Of a stretch of DNA of 48,080 nt, positions 9,976-20,357 are shown piece by piece. A program made the position numbers and the translations under genes. Location of the stretch: assembly GCA_027008775.1 (NCBI GenBank), contig JALVDV010000009.1, positions 1-48,080 on the forward strand. The letters are read 5' to 3'. Position 1 is the stretch's first letter. Each line of letters starts with the position of its first letter. The DNA is from Candidatus Moraniibacteriota bacterium. GTDB lineage: Bacteria > Patescibacteriota > Minisyncoccia > Moranbacterales > DUUL01. The notes under the pieces are model-generated. The model did no database searches, was not told the origin of the DNA, and saw nothing but the letters and a program-made list of their open reading frames with translations.

Positions 9976-11718
9976 TTATTTTCTGATGACTTCCAATTGA
10001 ATCTTTTCCGGTTGTTTGGGTGAGTGACTTACCCAGCTGGGAGCCAGATTAATTGAAGCCTTTTTTATTCCGTTTTTTTCTCCCAGAACCGCTTTTAATT
10101 CCGACAAATTTTTGTTGATCAATTTGTTTTTCAACTCTTCTTCATTTATTTTAAACCAACCTCGGGCCTGCAGATCAGCATAGGCGGTCATAGTTTTCTT
10201 GTTGAAGTCGGCAATCCCCCTTTTAAGCTGAAATTTAATACTTTGTTCATCTACCGCAAAAAGCGGTCCAAGTTTTTTCTCAACTAAATATTTAGCCAGC
10301 TTTTCCAAGTCTCGCCGGAAAAAAGTAATTAGTTTTAATTTGTAAGTAACGGTGTAAGTAAAAGAGTCGGTGATGCTGTCTTGCAAATGGGAGGATTCAC
10401 TGGCAACCACTTCTTTTTCCACCGCTGATTCCAGAAAGGCTTTATCACTACCTATTCTTTTTTGAATCTCTTCTTTCAGTTCCTTGTCCAATTCTTCCAG
10501 AGTTATTTTTCTAGCCTTGTCCAAATCACTTTTGCTGACAGCGGCGACAACCTTGTGCTCCGAAGAAGTAACCCCGCCGGTCATCGGACCCTTGGCCTCC
10601 ACTTTGAATTTTTCATATTTGGGGCCACCCTTAAAACCTTCAATGGTAAAAGTCTCCGGTCCGATATTATATTCTTGCCCCGGTTTATCCGCTTCCACCG
10701 GTACCGCTATTTCTCCCGGCTCTTCTCCTTTTTTTCCGGGAACAATAACGCTTTTTGTTAATCTGAATAATTTTCCGCTTTGGGAAAGAACGCGAGTTGT
10801 TTTCACCAGCGGTTGCGGTTTGTCAGAGTAATAATTGCGAATAATCACAACTCCTCTGGCTTTGGCCCCGTTTTTATCCAGAACTTTTTGCCCGGTTGTT
10901 TTAAATTCCTTCTTTTTGCTAACAGTCATTTCCAAATATTCACCGGGAATAACTTTCTGATCCGGATCTACTTTCTCCGCTTGGCTGTCAACCAGAACTT
11001 TTACTTCCTCCCGGACCGATTGGGAACGCGGTTCTATTTTGACTAATAATTTGGGATAGTTGGCTAAATAATAACCGCCCCCTCCCAGCGAAAAAAGGAG
11101 AACGAGCGCCAGTAACCAAAAAAATATTTTTCCCTTTTTTGATTTCTTTTTCCGATGCTTTTTACGCGAAGAAGATGTTTTTTGGTGAAAATAATTATAT
11201 TCTTTATCATTGATTGTTGCTTCCGAGGGGCTAGAAGGAGTCTGATTGAAAGAAGAGGTGCTGGAAGAAGATGATGTCGGAGGATTATTAAAAGAAGCGG
11301 GGGGTTGAGAGCTTGCGCCAGCTTGAGAATAGAAGGTCTTGCTGCCAACTGATAAATTTTCCCGACCAACCTCTTGGACTGCTTTTTCCGAGGCTTCTCG
11401 GACTTCTTGCTGATAATATTGTTCGTCTCCCAAGGAGCCATCGGTTTCGTGACCATAATGGAGGCGTTGATAATCTTCCGTTTTTAAACCGGCTCTCTCT
11501 ACAATAGTTTTGGCTTTTTGATCATTGGGCGTAACCACCACCAGGGATTTACCCAATTTCTCAACTTCTCTTTTGAGGATTTTTAAATTTAGGACACTAT
11601 TCAAAAAAGTGGCTCCTTGGGGAACTACCAAAAAAATTTCCCGCGCCCTCTGTTGGCGAATTTTGTCCAAAATACTGGTTATTTCGTCGTCAACGTTGAT
11701 GTATAATACTTCTTGCAT
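9976..11718 (-). CDS. Conserved single-pass membrane protein with extracellular baseplate J-like domain
   Basis: N-terminal YINVDDEITS..LNLKILKRE domain, Ser-rich linker, one TM, then KARGVVII..VEADKPGQEYNI..MTGG segment resembling baseplate J/gp47-like proteins. Confidence 0.65.
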   Translation of the reverse strand: MQEVLYINVDDEITSILDKIRQQRAREIFLVVPQGATFLNSVLNLKILKREVEKLGKSLVVVTPNDQKAKTIVERAGLKTEDYQRLHYGHETDGSLGDEQYYQQEVREASEKAVQEVGRENLSVGSKTFYSQAGASSQPPASFNNPPTSSSSSTSSFNQTPSSPSEATINDKEYNYFHQKTSSSRKKHRKKKSKKGKIFFWLLALVLLFSLGGGGYYLANYPKLLVKIEPRSQSVREEVKVLVDSQAEKVDPDQKVIPGEYLEMTVSKKKEFKTTGQKVLDKNGAKARGVVIIRNYYSDKPQPLVKTTRVLSQSGKLFRLTKSVIVPGKKGEEPGEIAVPVEADKPGQEYNIGPETFTIEGFKGGPKYEKFKVEAKGPMTGGVTSSEHKVVAAVSKSDLDKARKITLEELDKELKEEIQKRIGSDKAFLESAVEKEVVASESSHLQDSITDSFTYTVTYKLKLITFFRRDLEKLAKYLVEKKLGPLFAVDEQSIKFQLKRGIADFNKKTMTAYADLQARGWFKINEEELKNKLINKNLSELKAVLGEKNGIKKASINLAPSWVSHSPKQPEKIQLEVIRK

Positions 11719-11727
11719 AACTATTTT

Positions 11728-13035
11728 TTAATCTTGAATTACCTTAACTGCTTGGCGCAAAACTTCTTTAATTACTTTGTCTTCGTACTCCATATTAACC
11801 GACAGACTAGCCAGACCCAAAGCGGCGATGGACTGCGGAGTGGTTAGTTGGTGTGTCTGGTCAACAACATTGATAATGTCTTTGGGCTGGAGGTAGCCTA
11901 TTTGCAAATCATTGCTAATGGGCAAATCGCTTTTCCAATTTCGCCGATTCAGGCTATTGACCAGGTTTGGCAAAGCGCTGCCACCGCCACAAAAAAGTAT
12001 CCGGGCCGGCAAAATTTCTCTGTTGCGAAAACTTTCCAAGGCGATCTCCAGACCGGTTAGCCAAACCTTGGCATCCTCTCTAAATATCTTATCTATTTTA
12101 AGCGCCCAATTTTCTTTTATTTCGCCCAGAGAATACTTTATTTTTATTTGTTCAGCTTCAGCAAAAGAAATAGCAAAGGTTTGCGCCAGTCTCTTGGTGA
12201 ACGCTCTGCCACCGAGAGCAAAGATAGCCGTTCCCTCCAGACCACCATTCCTAACCACGGCCACATCGGTTGTTCCTCCGCCAATATCAATGATGATAGC
12301 GCTGAAATCCTCCTGGCCATAAACACTGATAGACTGGGCGATGGCGTAAGGTTCAGCGGCAATGGAAACTATTTTCAGACCGAGACCATCGGCTATCTGT
12401 TGCAGGGCGCCCAAATGAATCATGGGCGCGTAGGCATTGAAAATACTGATGGAAACATCTCTTCCCTGAAAACCGATGGGATTTGTTATGCGATAACCAT
12501 CTATTTTCACACTGACAATGGCGGCGTTGATTAGCCTGACATCAATGGCTTCTTGTCCCGTTTCCCAGGCTAATTGTTTTTTGATACGCTCAAAGGCCTT
12601 CCACTGCACTTTTTGTAAAATATTTTTTAACTCCGGCAAATCAATGCGAATTTCCGGATTGGCTCGTTCGTAGTGCACAGTGGTGGTTGTTCCCTTAACC
12701 AATTCTCCGGCGATACCTAAGACAACTTTGTCTGACGTCAAGCCGGCCATTTCTTCCGCTTCAGTGACAGCTTCTTGACAAGTTTCAATAACACTCTTGA
12801 TATCACTAACCGCTCCGGCCGTCATACTGCCCAGTTTTTGTCTAGCCTGTCCTTGCCCTAGAACAATTGCTTTCTTACTCTCCTCGTCTATTTTATATAA
12901 GATCACCTTGACCAGCTCGGTGCCGATGTCCAAGGCGAAAAAAAGTTTGTCTTTTCGCCGTTTGGAAGTGGTGATTTTACTTAGAAGACTCATTTTTTCA
13001 AGAATTTTAGATTTTGCGATTGTAACATCCGCCAA
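11728..13035 (-). CDS. FtsA-like actin-family ATPase
   Basis: ALDIGTE, AEPYA, IDIGGGTTD, AEQIKI and GGGS actin-fold motifs. No ftsZ adjacent, so probably a paralogue; the true start may be a downstream Met. Confidence 0.82.
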   Translation of the reverse strand: MADVTIAKSKILEKMSLLSKITTSKRRKDKLFFALDIGTELVKVILYKIDEESKKAIVLGQGQARQKLGSMTAGAVSDIKSVIETCQEAVTEAEEMAGLTSDKVVLGIAGELVKGTTTTVHYERANPEIRIDLPELKNILQKVQWKAFERIKKQLAWETGQEAIDVRLINAAIVSVKIDGYRITNPIGFQGRDVSISIFNAYAPMIHLGALQQIADGLGLKIVSIAAEPYAIAQSISVYGQEDFSAIIIDIGGGTTDVAVVRNGGLEGTAIFALGGRAFTKRLAQTFAISFAEAEQIKIKYSLGEIKENWALKIDKIFREDAKVWLTGLEIALESFRNREILPARILFCGGGSALPNLVNSLNRRNWKSDLPISNDLQIGYLQPKDIINVVDQTHQLTTPQSIAALGLASLSVNMEYEDKVIKEVLRQAVKVIQD

Positions 13036-13194
13036 AATAGATTTTAAAATTTCCTGCCTGGTGGGTGGTTTATGAATTTTATTTCAGAGGTTTTTGTCAG
13101 TAGTTTAATTATACCACAGAAGAACTTCTCTTCAAATTCCATTTGCCGGTAAAATAAAAGCCTCTTAAAAAGAAAACAACTTTTGAGCAGAAAT

Positions 13195-13842
13195 TTAAGT
13201 TTTCGTTTTCAGAATGATTTTTTTGGCCTCCAAAAGATTGCTAATGGTAAAATCGCAATATTGATTGGGTTTGTCGCTGTAACGCCCTTCCGGACGCCTC
13301 ACCAAAAAAGTCGTGAGGTCGGGGTTTTTCAGTTTGGCATCTTCTATTTGTTCAACTCTGTCGTCCAAAAAGTAAGCTGAAACATTCTTACTGGTTTCTT
13401 TCCTGATTTGTTGAATAATCTTTCCTTTGGGCTGGTTGATGACAATAATTTTTTTAAAATAAGAGCTTAAACCGCAATTATTGATTTTCTTTAATTGCAA
13501 CTCGCTTTCTCCGTAGGAAATGATATACAAATCTTCTGAAGCAAAAGTTTTTAGAAACTTGACGACGTCTGGAAAAATAAAAGAAGAGGTATCAGCCACC
13601 AGTGTTTTTACCGCTCTTCTTAACCGAGAAAGGCTCTTCTTTTTTTCCTTTTCTAGGTAATCAATCTGTTGCCAAATATTGTAAACTGTCAGCCGGCCAT
13701 TTTTTTGCCGACGGGGATAATCAAGGTAAGTTCTATCAAACTCTTCCTTGGAAATTCCATTTTTTTCAAATTCTTTTTTGAGGACTTGAACAAAACGACT
13801 GGTATTGAACAGAACATCATCAAAATCAAGGAAAATTTGCAT
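13195..13842 (-). CDS. HAD-superfamily hydrolase
   Basis: LDFDDVLFNT motif I, FLDD motif IV. Confidence 0.85.
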   Translation of the reverse strand: MQIFLDFDDVLFNTSRFVQVLKKEFEKNGISKEEFDRTYLDYPRRQKNGRLTVYNIWQQIDYLEKEKKKSLSRLRRAVKTLVADTSSFIFPDVVKFLKTFASEDLYIISYGESELQLKKINNCGLSSYFKKIIVINQPKGKIIQQIRKETSKNVSAYFLDDRVEQIEDAKLKNPDLTTFLVRRPEGRYSDKPNQYCDFTISNLLEAKKIILKTKT

Positions 13843-13847
13843 TGTGT

Positions 13848-14882
13848 TTAGATTATTTCCTTAATGATTTTCTTTCGGTTTAATTCTGACAACTCCACTA
13901 AAACTTTAGCTAATTTATCACCATCATGTCTGATGAAGGAACGGGTCTTGGCTATGGCATCGTTTTTGTTCTGTCTGGCCGGACTTCGCTTTAGAATGTT
14001 GGCTTTGATCACTTTATAACTCCTTTCCGGGTTTTTGTCCGGATGAAATTGGACCATTGAATTTTTCCCTTCCAGTTTTTCGTATTTTTTAACCAAGGCG
14101 GGAGCAGGTCGGCTGACATTGTAGATAACGTAATCAAGTCTATCTTGCAAATATTTGTTGACAAATTCGGCATAATCGTCCAGATCAAAGTTGTCCGTTT
14201 GCCCCTTTTTGTTGGAGAGATTGCAGACATAGATTATTTTGGCTCGGCTATCTTTGATGGCTTGGGCCAGACCGTCAACCAAGAGGTTGGGCAAGATAGA
14301 ACCGTAAAGATCTCCCGGGCCAATCACAATAAAGTGTGCCTTTTTAACCGCTTGCTTTACTCTTTCATTTAGGCGCGCTTTTGGCCGCAAAAAAACTTTT
14401 TTAATTCCTATTTTTTTGACCGCTTTGTTTTGATCTAACTGCTTCTCGCCAACCAGAAGTCGGCCGTTGCGAAGGCGAACATGCAAGGACATTTTATCCT
14501 TGGAAACGGGTATAACTTTGTTTTTAACGTTGAGGATGCGTGTAGCCTCTTCCAAGCCCTTCTCAAAATCTCCGGTGATTTTTTCCAAAGCGGAGAGAAA
14601 GATATTGCCAAAATTGTGTCCTTTTAAATCACCTTTTTCAAAACGATAGACCATCAAATCACGAAGAAGTTTAGGGGTGTTGCTGAGAGCTACCAAACAC
14701 TGTCGGACGTCACCGGGAGGCAGAACGCCCAGTTCGTCCCTGAGGCGACCGGTGGAACCACCGTCGTCGGCCATGGAAACCACTGCTGAAATATTTGTAA
14801 AATATTTTTTTAAACCGGTTAATAAAGTAAAATGTCCGGTCCCTCCACCAATGGTAACGATTCTGGTCTGTCTGCTTTCCAT
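13848..14882 (-). CDS. yvcK: YvcK/GlmR (UPF0052, CofD-like) protein
   Basis: IGGGTG, DDGGSTGRLR, PPGDVR, GHNFGN, GPGDLYGSI and RHD motifs. Confidence 0.9.
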   Translation of the reverse strand: MESRQTRIVTIGGGTGHFTLLTGLKKYFTNISAVVSMADDGGSTGRLRDELGVLPPGDVRQCLVALSNTPKLLRDLMVYRFEKGDLKGHNFGNIFLSALEKITGDFEKGLEEATRILNVKNKVIPVSKDKMSLHVRLRNGRLLVGEKQLDQNKAVKKIGIKKVFLRPKARLNERVKQAVKKAHFIVIGPGDLYGSILPNLLVDGLAQAIKDSRAKIIYVCNLSNKKGQTDNFDLDDYAEFVNKYLQDRLDYVIYNVSRPAPALVKKYEKLEGKNSMVQFHPDKNPERSYKVIKANILKRSPARQNKNDAIAKTRSFIRHDGDKLAKVLVELSELNRKKIIKEII

Positions 14883-15076
14883 ATTTTCTCAGTTAGTTTA
14901 TTTTAATCATTACTGTATTAGTTTAACTAACTGATTTGTTTAAAGCAAGCTTTCAAGAGTTGTCTGAGAATAATGAAAGCGCTTTTGATTGAAGAAGTTG
15001 CCACAGAGTTGTTTTTCCGATTTCCCTCGGGCGGTTATTTGTTTTTATTTTCTCCAAACCTCTTTTTGTCTTTTTG

Positions 15077-18000
15077 TCATTCAATAATTTTGAAATCCTT
15101 TTTTAAAATTCCGTCCTTGATGTTTATTTCCCTTTCAAAGGAAAAAGTGTGACCACTGATTGGTTGTCCCTTGATTTTTAAAGTGTAGTGACCGTCTTTA
15201 GCTAAAAGATAATAGCGTCCTTCCAAATCGGTTACGGTAAAGTATTTTCTTTGATTATCTTGATACAATTCAACCACCGCCAGAGGGATCGGTTTACCGG
15301 CTTGATTGCGGAGAGTGCCAAATTTTTTGCGAAAACCGCGAGCCAAAAGATAAATAATGGTAAAACCGTATACGGCTAAAACCAAATAATTAAACCAGTG
15401 CGGGTATTTTATTGTTACTTGCAAGGAATAAATGGCACCCAGGATAAATATTCCGTAGAAAATGAAGTTTAAAACTTTGTGAAGTAGTCGCGTCTGATCA
15501 AAGCTCCGCAAATATTCGTGCCAGTTTATTTTTTCTTGCTTGAGAGCCAGGTTGAGATTCTCCACCGAAGCCGGATCTATTTCCTGGGGATGAGTGTAAA
15601 GTTTGCCGTAGAGAGGGTCTTCAGAATGACTGGTGTCCAGAGAATAATTCTTCAATTTTACCAATAGGCCGTATTTACCTTTTTGAGAAATTAAGAAACC
15701 GTAGCGACCTTGCTCGTCGGAGAAAGTGGTGGCAACGACTTTGCCACTATTCATTTCTTGAAGTTTTATTGGAACTTTTTTAAGAGGCTGCTTGGTTTCT
15801 TCGTCAAAAACAACACCCCAATCTTTGGTTTTGCGTCTTTTGGTAAAAGGAAAGGCGAAAAGAGCCAAGAGGGAAAAATGGGAAACTGGTGAAGCCAAGG
15901 GAATACCGGCCAAACCCAGGGCCACCAGGCCAACCAGTGTGGAGATTTTAGCCACCGGATTTGGAGATGGTGGCTGACTCTTTGGCTCACTGGTGCCGGG
16001 GAAAGAAATTTTTTCTGTCTCCCTTTTTCTTTCTTCTTCTTGTTTTACCTCTTCCTTTTCTCGTTTGGCCTGACACTCAACTTTTTCTCCATCTTTTTCA
16101 CATTCCCAGCGGACTGTTTGTCCGGGGGCGGGAAAGTCCGGTTCGCTAATCACTTCTCCATTTTCACAAAGCGCTCCTTGAAAAGTAGTGTCCGCAGAAG
16201 AATAATCTCCCGCCCCGGCTCCGCAAAGGGGTGGCAAGCTTAGATTATAGTCATTTTTCTTTTCGGGAACTTCAATGTTTTTTTTGTGAGGACAATATTC
16301 GTAAGTATCACTATTCGTTTTATGTTTGACTTTTAATTCGTATTTAGCGCCTGATTCCAAACCATCTATAAAGAGGCTAACTCTTCCGGCGGCCGACGGT
16401 CTTTTTTTGATTTCCACTTTTCGTTCGCTCCCATTCAACAAATTTTTGACAGTCACTCTGAATTTCTGTTTTTCATGAGAAAAACTCGGATCAACTTCTA
16501 CTCGGAGTTTAACCGAGTTGGTGTTTAATTCTTTTACGCCAATGGTTTTACATTCTGTTTCTTCCGATTCTTCTTCGTCGGGCGGAGTGGACGAAGAGCC
16601 ACCTGTATTACTGGGAGAGTGACTGGAATAATTGATTTGTACTCCATTCAAAACTGGCATTGATCCTTTGTATAACATCGCTCGCCATCTTAGATCGTTG
16701 CCGAGGTTAGAGAAAGTGACTTCTTCTCCACTGTCTACTTTTATCCAATTGTTGCCTCCATCATTACTGAGGTAATAATCTATATATGACTGCCCGTTTA
16801 AAATAGCATCAGCCGTTAAAGTTGCTTTTTCAATATCATTGATATCGCCGTTTATTTTTTTGGACTGAACAGTCAGAGGTGACTGAACAGAAATTGGCAA
16901 AACGCTGAAAAATATATCTCCGGTGGAATTTTCTTGCCAAACAACAAAAGGCTCATCTTCACTATCAATAACTAGATCAATCTCGCCGGTTCTGACATGA
17001 CCGGACAGGTTGTCGTCAGCGCTGGAACCATCGGCGCCACTCCAGGCAGAACCATTCCAGTAAGTGAAATGTGTACTGAACCATTGACTGGCGCTCCAAA
17101 CTATCAAAGGTTGGTTCTGGGAATTTATTTTTAATTTCAGATCTGATAACGAAGCTCCTGCTTCAACATCAATAGTGTCATAAGAATTGCTCCCACCTAA
17201 ACCATGCCAATCGTCGGTGCGTTTGGAAACCAGAATATCCCCAGCGTTATCATCCAGCCAAGCCAGAATGGGATTGTCGCTACCATCCAGCTCCATCCTG
17301 ATAACTCGCAACGGTGAGGCTTGGTCATATCCGATCTGTACCCAATCACTTCCGTTCCAGCTTTTCACCCCTATACCCGGATTGGGACCTCCTAGATTGT
17401 TTTGATAAGCCACCAGAGGATGGTTCTGGGAATTTATTCGTAAGACGGGCAAAATATCATAGGCATAGCCGAAAATTGTATCCCGGTTGTTAGCGGAATT
17501 ATTCTCTAACCCGCGCCAAGCAGACCCATTCCAATAATTAAAGAACACTCCATTGTTTGTGCCCGCGTTATCCCCCCAAACTACCATCGGTGTATCATTG
17601 TCATCCCTGCTTAAAATAACATCGTTAGCCACAGTTGAACTATCCCCATATATCACATCATAGGCACCTCCGCCTTTTCCTCGCCAAGAGCTTCCATTCC
17701 ATTCTGTGTAAATAGGAAATTGGTGGCCAGCGCCATCATTCATAATGCCAACAACCATCGGGTTTCCTTGGCTGTTTTTGGTTATTTGAAAAGTGTTTAT
17801 GCCATCGTCATAGTAAATGACCTCCATATTCCCAAAAGGTCGTTCCGCCCCCGTAACACTCCCATCCATTGTTGTCCAAGCGGAGCCGTTCCATTTTCTG
17901 ATGTATAGATTATTGCTATTAGAATCACTATTATACCCGTGCCACAACACTATGGGATAGCCGTTGTTGTCTGTAATGATCTGAGGAACACGAGAGCGTA

Positions 18001-19321
18001 AACAGCTAGTTCCCCCGCCAGTACAATTAGCTGCCACACTGGAAATGTCTTCACTGCCATTAACGCCCGACATCGTCGTCCAAGCGGAGCCGTTCCAGCG
18101 AGTAAAGTAAATCTTGTTGTCGTCTTGCCAAACAGCCATCGGTCGCCCCTGCTGGTCTAAAGCCAGTTTTGGATAACGAGCATAGTCAGAAGCGTGGTAA
18201 ATATTTTCCTTGCCAAGAGTGGTTTTGTCGGCATGACTCCAAGAGCCTATCTGCGAAACCAAGGTATAGGCGCCTTGGCTTTCATTATAATGAGCGTCTG
18301 TCTGGTCGTCATCTATAAAATCCTGGTTGTTAAAATCGTCTGCAAAGGTAAAATTATTACCTTCCGGTCTGGTGGTAAAGTGCCAGGTAGTTTTGTCAGA
18401 GATGCCCGGAAAAAGATTTACGGCGGTGTCATCTACGTTAACGTAATATTTGGTGTTGTAAGATAATTCACTGGACAGAGCAACGGAAATGGTATTTGTA
18501 CCCCAGCCGGTAACTTGCGGAGAATCAACCGAAACGCTTTCTACAACGGAATCATCATCGTATTTTTTTAAGATTATATTTCCGTTACCTCGTTCCGCTA
18601 TTTGATCAAAAGTGATAGACAATGTTGGACGAAGAGAGACTGTATTTATTCCACTGATTGGTTGTAAAGAGTTAATATGTAAATAGAAATCCCCCCAGGC
18701 ACTACTCTGAGCATTATTGAAATTAGTTTGTCCGCTTAATTGAGAAAATAAGCTGGTACCTCCTTTGAAATTATAAAAACCAACCGTAATTGGGATCCCT
18801 CGATCGGTATTTTCTCCAAAGTTAAACTTAAAGCGTCCATCTCTGTATACTATTGTTTCCACATTGAAAACATCGCTCGGAGAATTCAGACTTCCGGCTT
18901 GAACGCGTATAATAACATCATCTTGATTTTCAGTTATATAAATGTCATCCTCCGGATGTTGGTCTAAACTGAGAAACAAGTTTGAACCATTATATGAATA
19001 AATAACATAATCTATAGGATCTTCCGCCTGTGTCAAAGGGGTAATAGCGACACCATTCTTGCCAACATGAATGTTCATTTTCGTAACTGTTTCTCCAAAC
19101 ATGGCAACCGGAAAGGGAAGGTCATAACTGTAGGAAACATTACTACCGGACAAATTTTTCCTCTCACCTCCCCCTTGAAATTCATGAGACAAAAGCATTT
19201 CAGTGGTGGCAGTATCTATAGCTAAAACATTTTTTGATAGAAACCACCCTCCTAACAACAGAACTGCAAAAACAAGAATTACACGCAGTAAATCTGTTTT
19301 ATTTTTTGTTTTATTTTTCAT
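15077..19321 (-). CDS. Large secreted, membrane-anchored surface protein (Ig-like domain, WNGSxW beta-propeller-like repeats, Cys-rich module, carboxypeptidase-regulatory-like domains)
   Basis: Signal peptide; LSITFDQ..YNTKYYV..WHFTT Ig-like segment; repeated WNGSAW; C-terminal TM helices with SDEQGRYGF and TDLEGRYY segments. Confidence 0.8.
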   Translation of the reverse strand: MKNKTKNKTDLLRVILVFAVLLLGGWFLSKNVLAIDTATTEMLLSHEFQGGGERKNLSGSNVSYSYDLPFPVAMFGETVTKMNIHVGKNGVAITPLTQAEDPIDYVIYSYNGSNLFLSLDQHPEDDIYITENQDDVIIRVQAGSLNSPSDVFNVETIVYRDGRFKFNFGENTDRGIPITVGFYNFKGGTSLFSQLSGQTNFNNAQSSAWGDFYLHINSLQPISGINTVSLRPTLSITFDQIAERGNGNIILKKYDDDSVVESVSVDSPQVTGWGTNTISVALSSELSYNTKYYVNVDDTAVNLFPGISDKTTWHFTTRPEGNNFTFADDFNNQDFIDDDQTDAHYNESQGAYTLVSQIGSWSHADKTTLGKENIYHASDYARYPKLALDQQGRPMAVWQDDNKIYFTRWNGSAWTTMSGVNGSEDISSVAANCTGGGTSCLRSRVPQIITDNNGYPIVLWHGYNSDSNSNNLYIRKWNGSAWTTMDGSVTGAERPFGNMEVIYYDDGINTFQITKNSQGNPMVVGIMNDGAGHQFPIYTEWNGSSWRGKGGGAYDVIYGDSSTVANDVILSRDDNDTPMVVWGDNAGTNNGVFFNYWNGSAWRGLENNSANNRDTIFGYAYDILPVLRINSQNHPLVAYQNNLGGPNPGIGVKSWNGSDWVQIGYDQASPLRVIRMELDGSDNPILAWLDDNAGDILVSKRTDDWHGLGGSNSYDTIDVEAGASLSDLKLKINSQNQPLIVWSASQWFSTHFTYWNGSAWSGADGSSADDNLSGHVRTGEIDLVIDSEDEPFVVWQENSTGDIFFSVLPISVQSPLTVQSKKINGDINDIEKATLTADAILNGQSYIDYYLSNDGGNNWIKVDSGEEVTFSNLGNDLRWRAMLYKGSMPVLNGVQINYSSHSPSNTGGSSSTPPDEEESEETECKTIGVKELNTNSVKLRVEVDPSFSHEKQKFRVTVKNLLNGSERKVEIKKRPSAAGRVSLFIDGLESGAKYELKVKHKTNSDTYEYCPHKKNIEVPEKKNDYNLSLPPLCGAGAGDYSSADTTFQGALCENGEVISEPDFPAPGQTVRWECEKDGEKVECQAKREKEEVKQEEERKRETEKISFPGTSEPKSQPPSPNPVAKISTLVGLVALGLAGIPLASPVSHFSLLALFAFPFTKRRKTKDWGVVFDEETKQPLKKVPIKLQEMNSGKVVATTFSDEQGRYGFLISQKGKYGLLVKLKNYSLDTSHSEDPLYGKLYTHPQEIDPASVENLNLALKQEKINWHEYLRSFDQTRLLHKVLNFIFYGIFILGAIYSLQVTIKYPHWFNYLVLAVYGFTIIYLLARGFRKKFGTLRNQAGKPIPLAVVELYQDNQRKYFTVTDLEGRYYLLAKDGHYTLKIKGQPISGHTFSFEREINIKDGILKKDFKIIE

Positions 19322-19469
19322 TTTTGTAGCCTTTTAGGGTTTTCGTGATTATAGCATACTCTCGTATAGTTTGGCAAAAAAATATTTCTTTAAAATGAAA
19401 AAATGCAATTGTTTTTGAAAAATAAAGCAACACACTGTTTGTCTTTTGAAATTCAAAATTAATCTCATC

Positions 19470-19503
19470 TATTAAAAAGCCAACCGGAGTCGGTTTTTTA
19501 ATA
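19470..19503 (-). terminator. Intrinsic terminator after mscL
   Basis: TATTAAAAAGCCAAC-CGGA-GTCGGTTTTTTAATA imperfect hairpin with A/T tails just past the mscL stop. Confidence 0.6.
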
Positions 19504-19516
19504 AGTGAAAATATCG

Positions 19517-19822
19517 TTATTTATCCTTCTTCTTGTCCAGTTTGTCCAGCTTTAGCTTCTTGAAAACATAATAAACAACAAAAGCAATAACCACGAAGTC
19601 AATTAAGGTGGAAATGAAACTGCCCAACATAATATCGGCGCCGGCAACAGAGAAATACATTTCTTTCAAGCCATCGGCGTTTCCCAAGACCAGACCAAGA
19701 ACAGGATCTATAATGTCTTTTACCAAAGACTTCATCACATCGGAAACAGCCCCACCTAAGATGAAGGCAATAGCTAACCCAACTACTCCTTGCTCTCTAA
19801 CAAAATCCATAAATCCCTTCAT
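19517..19822 (-). CDS. mscL: Large-conductance mechanosensitive channel
   Basis: FMDFVREQGVVGLAIAFILG..SLVKDII.P..GSFISTLIDF; strong GGAGGTG RBS. Confidence 0.92.
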   Translation of the reverse strand: MKGFMDFVREQGVVGLAIAFILGGAVSDVMKSLVKDIIDPVLGLVLGNADGLKEMYFSVAGADIMLGSFISTLIDFVVIAFVVYYVFKKLKLDKLDKKKDK

Positions 19823-20104
19823 ATTGTCATCACCTCCTCTCCCATTGTTTTTATTTTAATCATTCTAAAATTCTTCACACAAGTATTCGCTCTAATAATA
19901 ACAAAAAACAGAACTAAAGACAACAAAACAACGAGGAGTGATTTACGATAACTTATACGATTTTTAAATATTTTTTCTTTATATCTACTTCCTGTCATCA
20001 TTAGATATTTTTTCCGACAATGGGCAATTGACTAAATTAAAGTTTTGTTGCAGACTGGAAACCGGAATGGTTCTTTTTAATTTTTTCTCTGAAGGAGGTA
20101 AGAA

Positions 20105-20299
20105 ATGAAAGAATGCGCAACGGAAATTTATTTTTGTCCCGTATGTGACGGGGCGTTGACAGAAAAAGAAATGCGGGACAAGGACAGTGTTTTACGCTTT
20201 TTTGAGTGTGCCAGCTGTTCTAAGGAATTTTTTAAAATAAAGGGGGTAAAAGACTTATACCCCCGATATCCTGTTGGAGATCTTAAGATTTCTTGTTGA
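20105..20299 (+). CDS. Small zinc-ribbon protein
   Basis: CPVC...CASC pairs; AAGGAGGT RBS upstream and a terminator-like hairpin downstream. Confidence 0.7.
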   Translation: MKECATEIYFCPVCDGALTEKEMRDKDSVLRFFECASCSKEFFKIKGVKDLYPRYPVGDLKISC

Positions 20300-20333
20300 T
20301 AAAACAAGGTGGCAAGCGGTCGCCTGCCTAACC

Positions 20334-20357
20334 GGACCTGCAAAAAGCGGGTCTTTT
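20334..20357 (+). terminator. Probable intrinsic terminator of the zinc-ribbon gene
   Basis: GGACCTGC-AAAAA-GCGGGTCT followed by T-run. Confidence 0.55.

Noticed and set aside
9976-11718. Prophage suggested by the baseplate-J-like domain
   Set aside because: The protein has a TM anchor, sits in a cellular operon, and no other phage genes are nearby.
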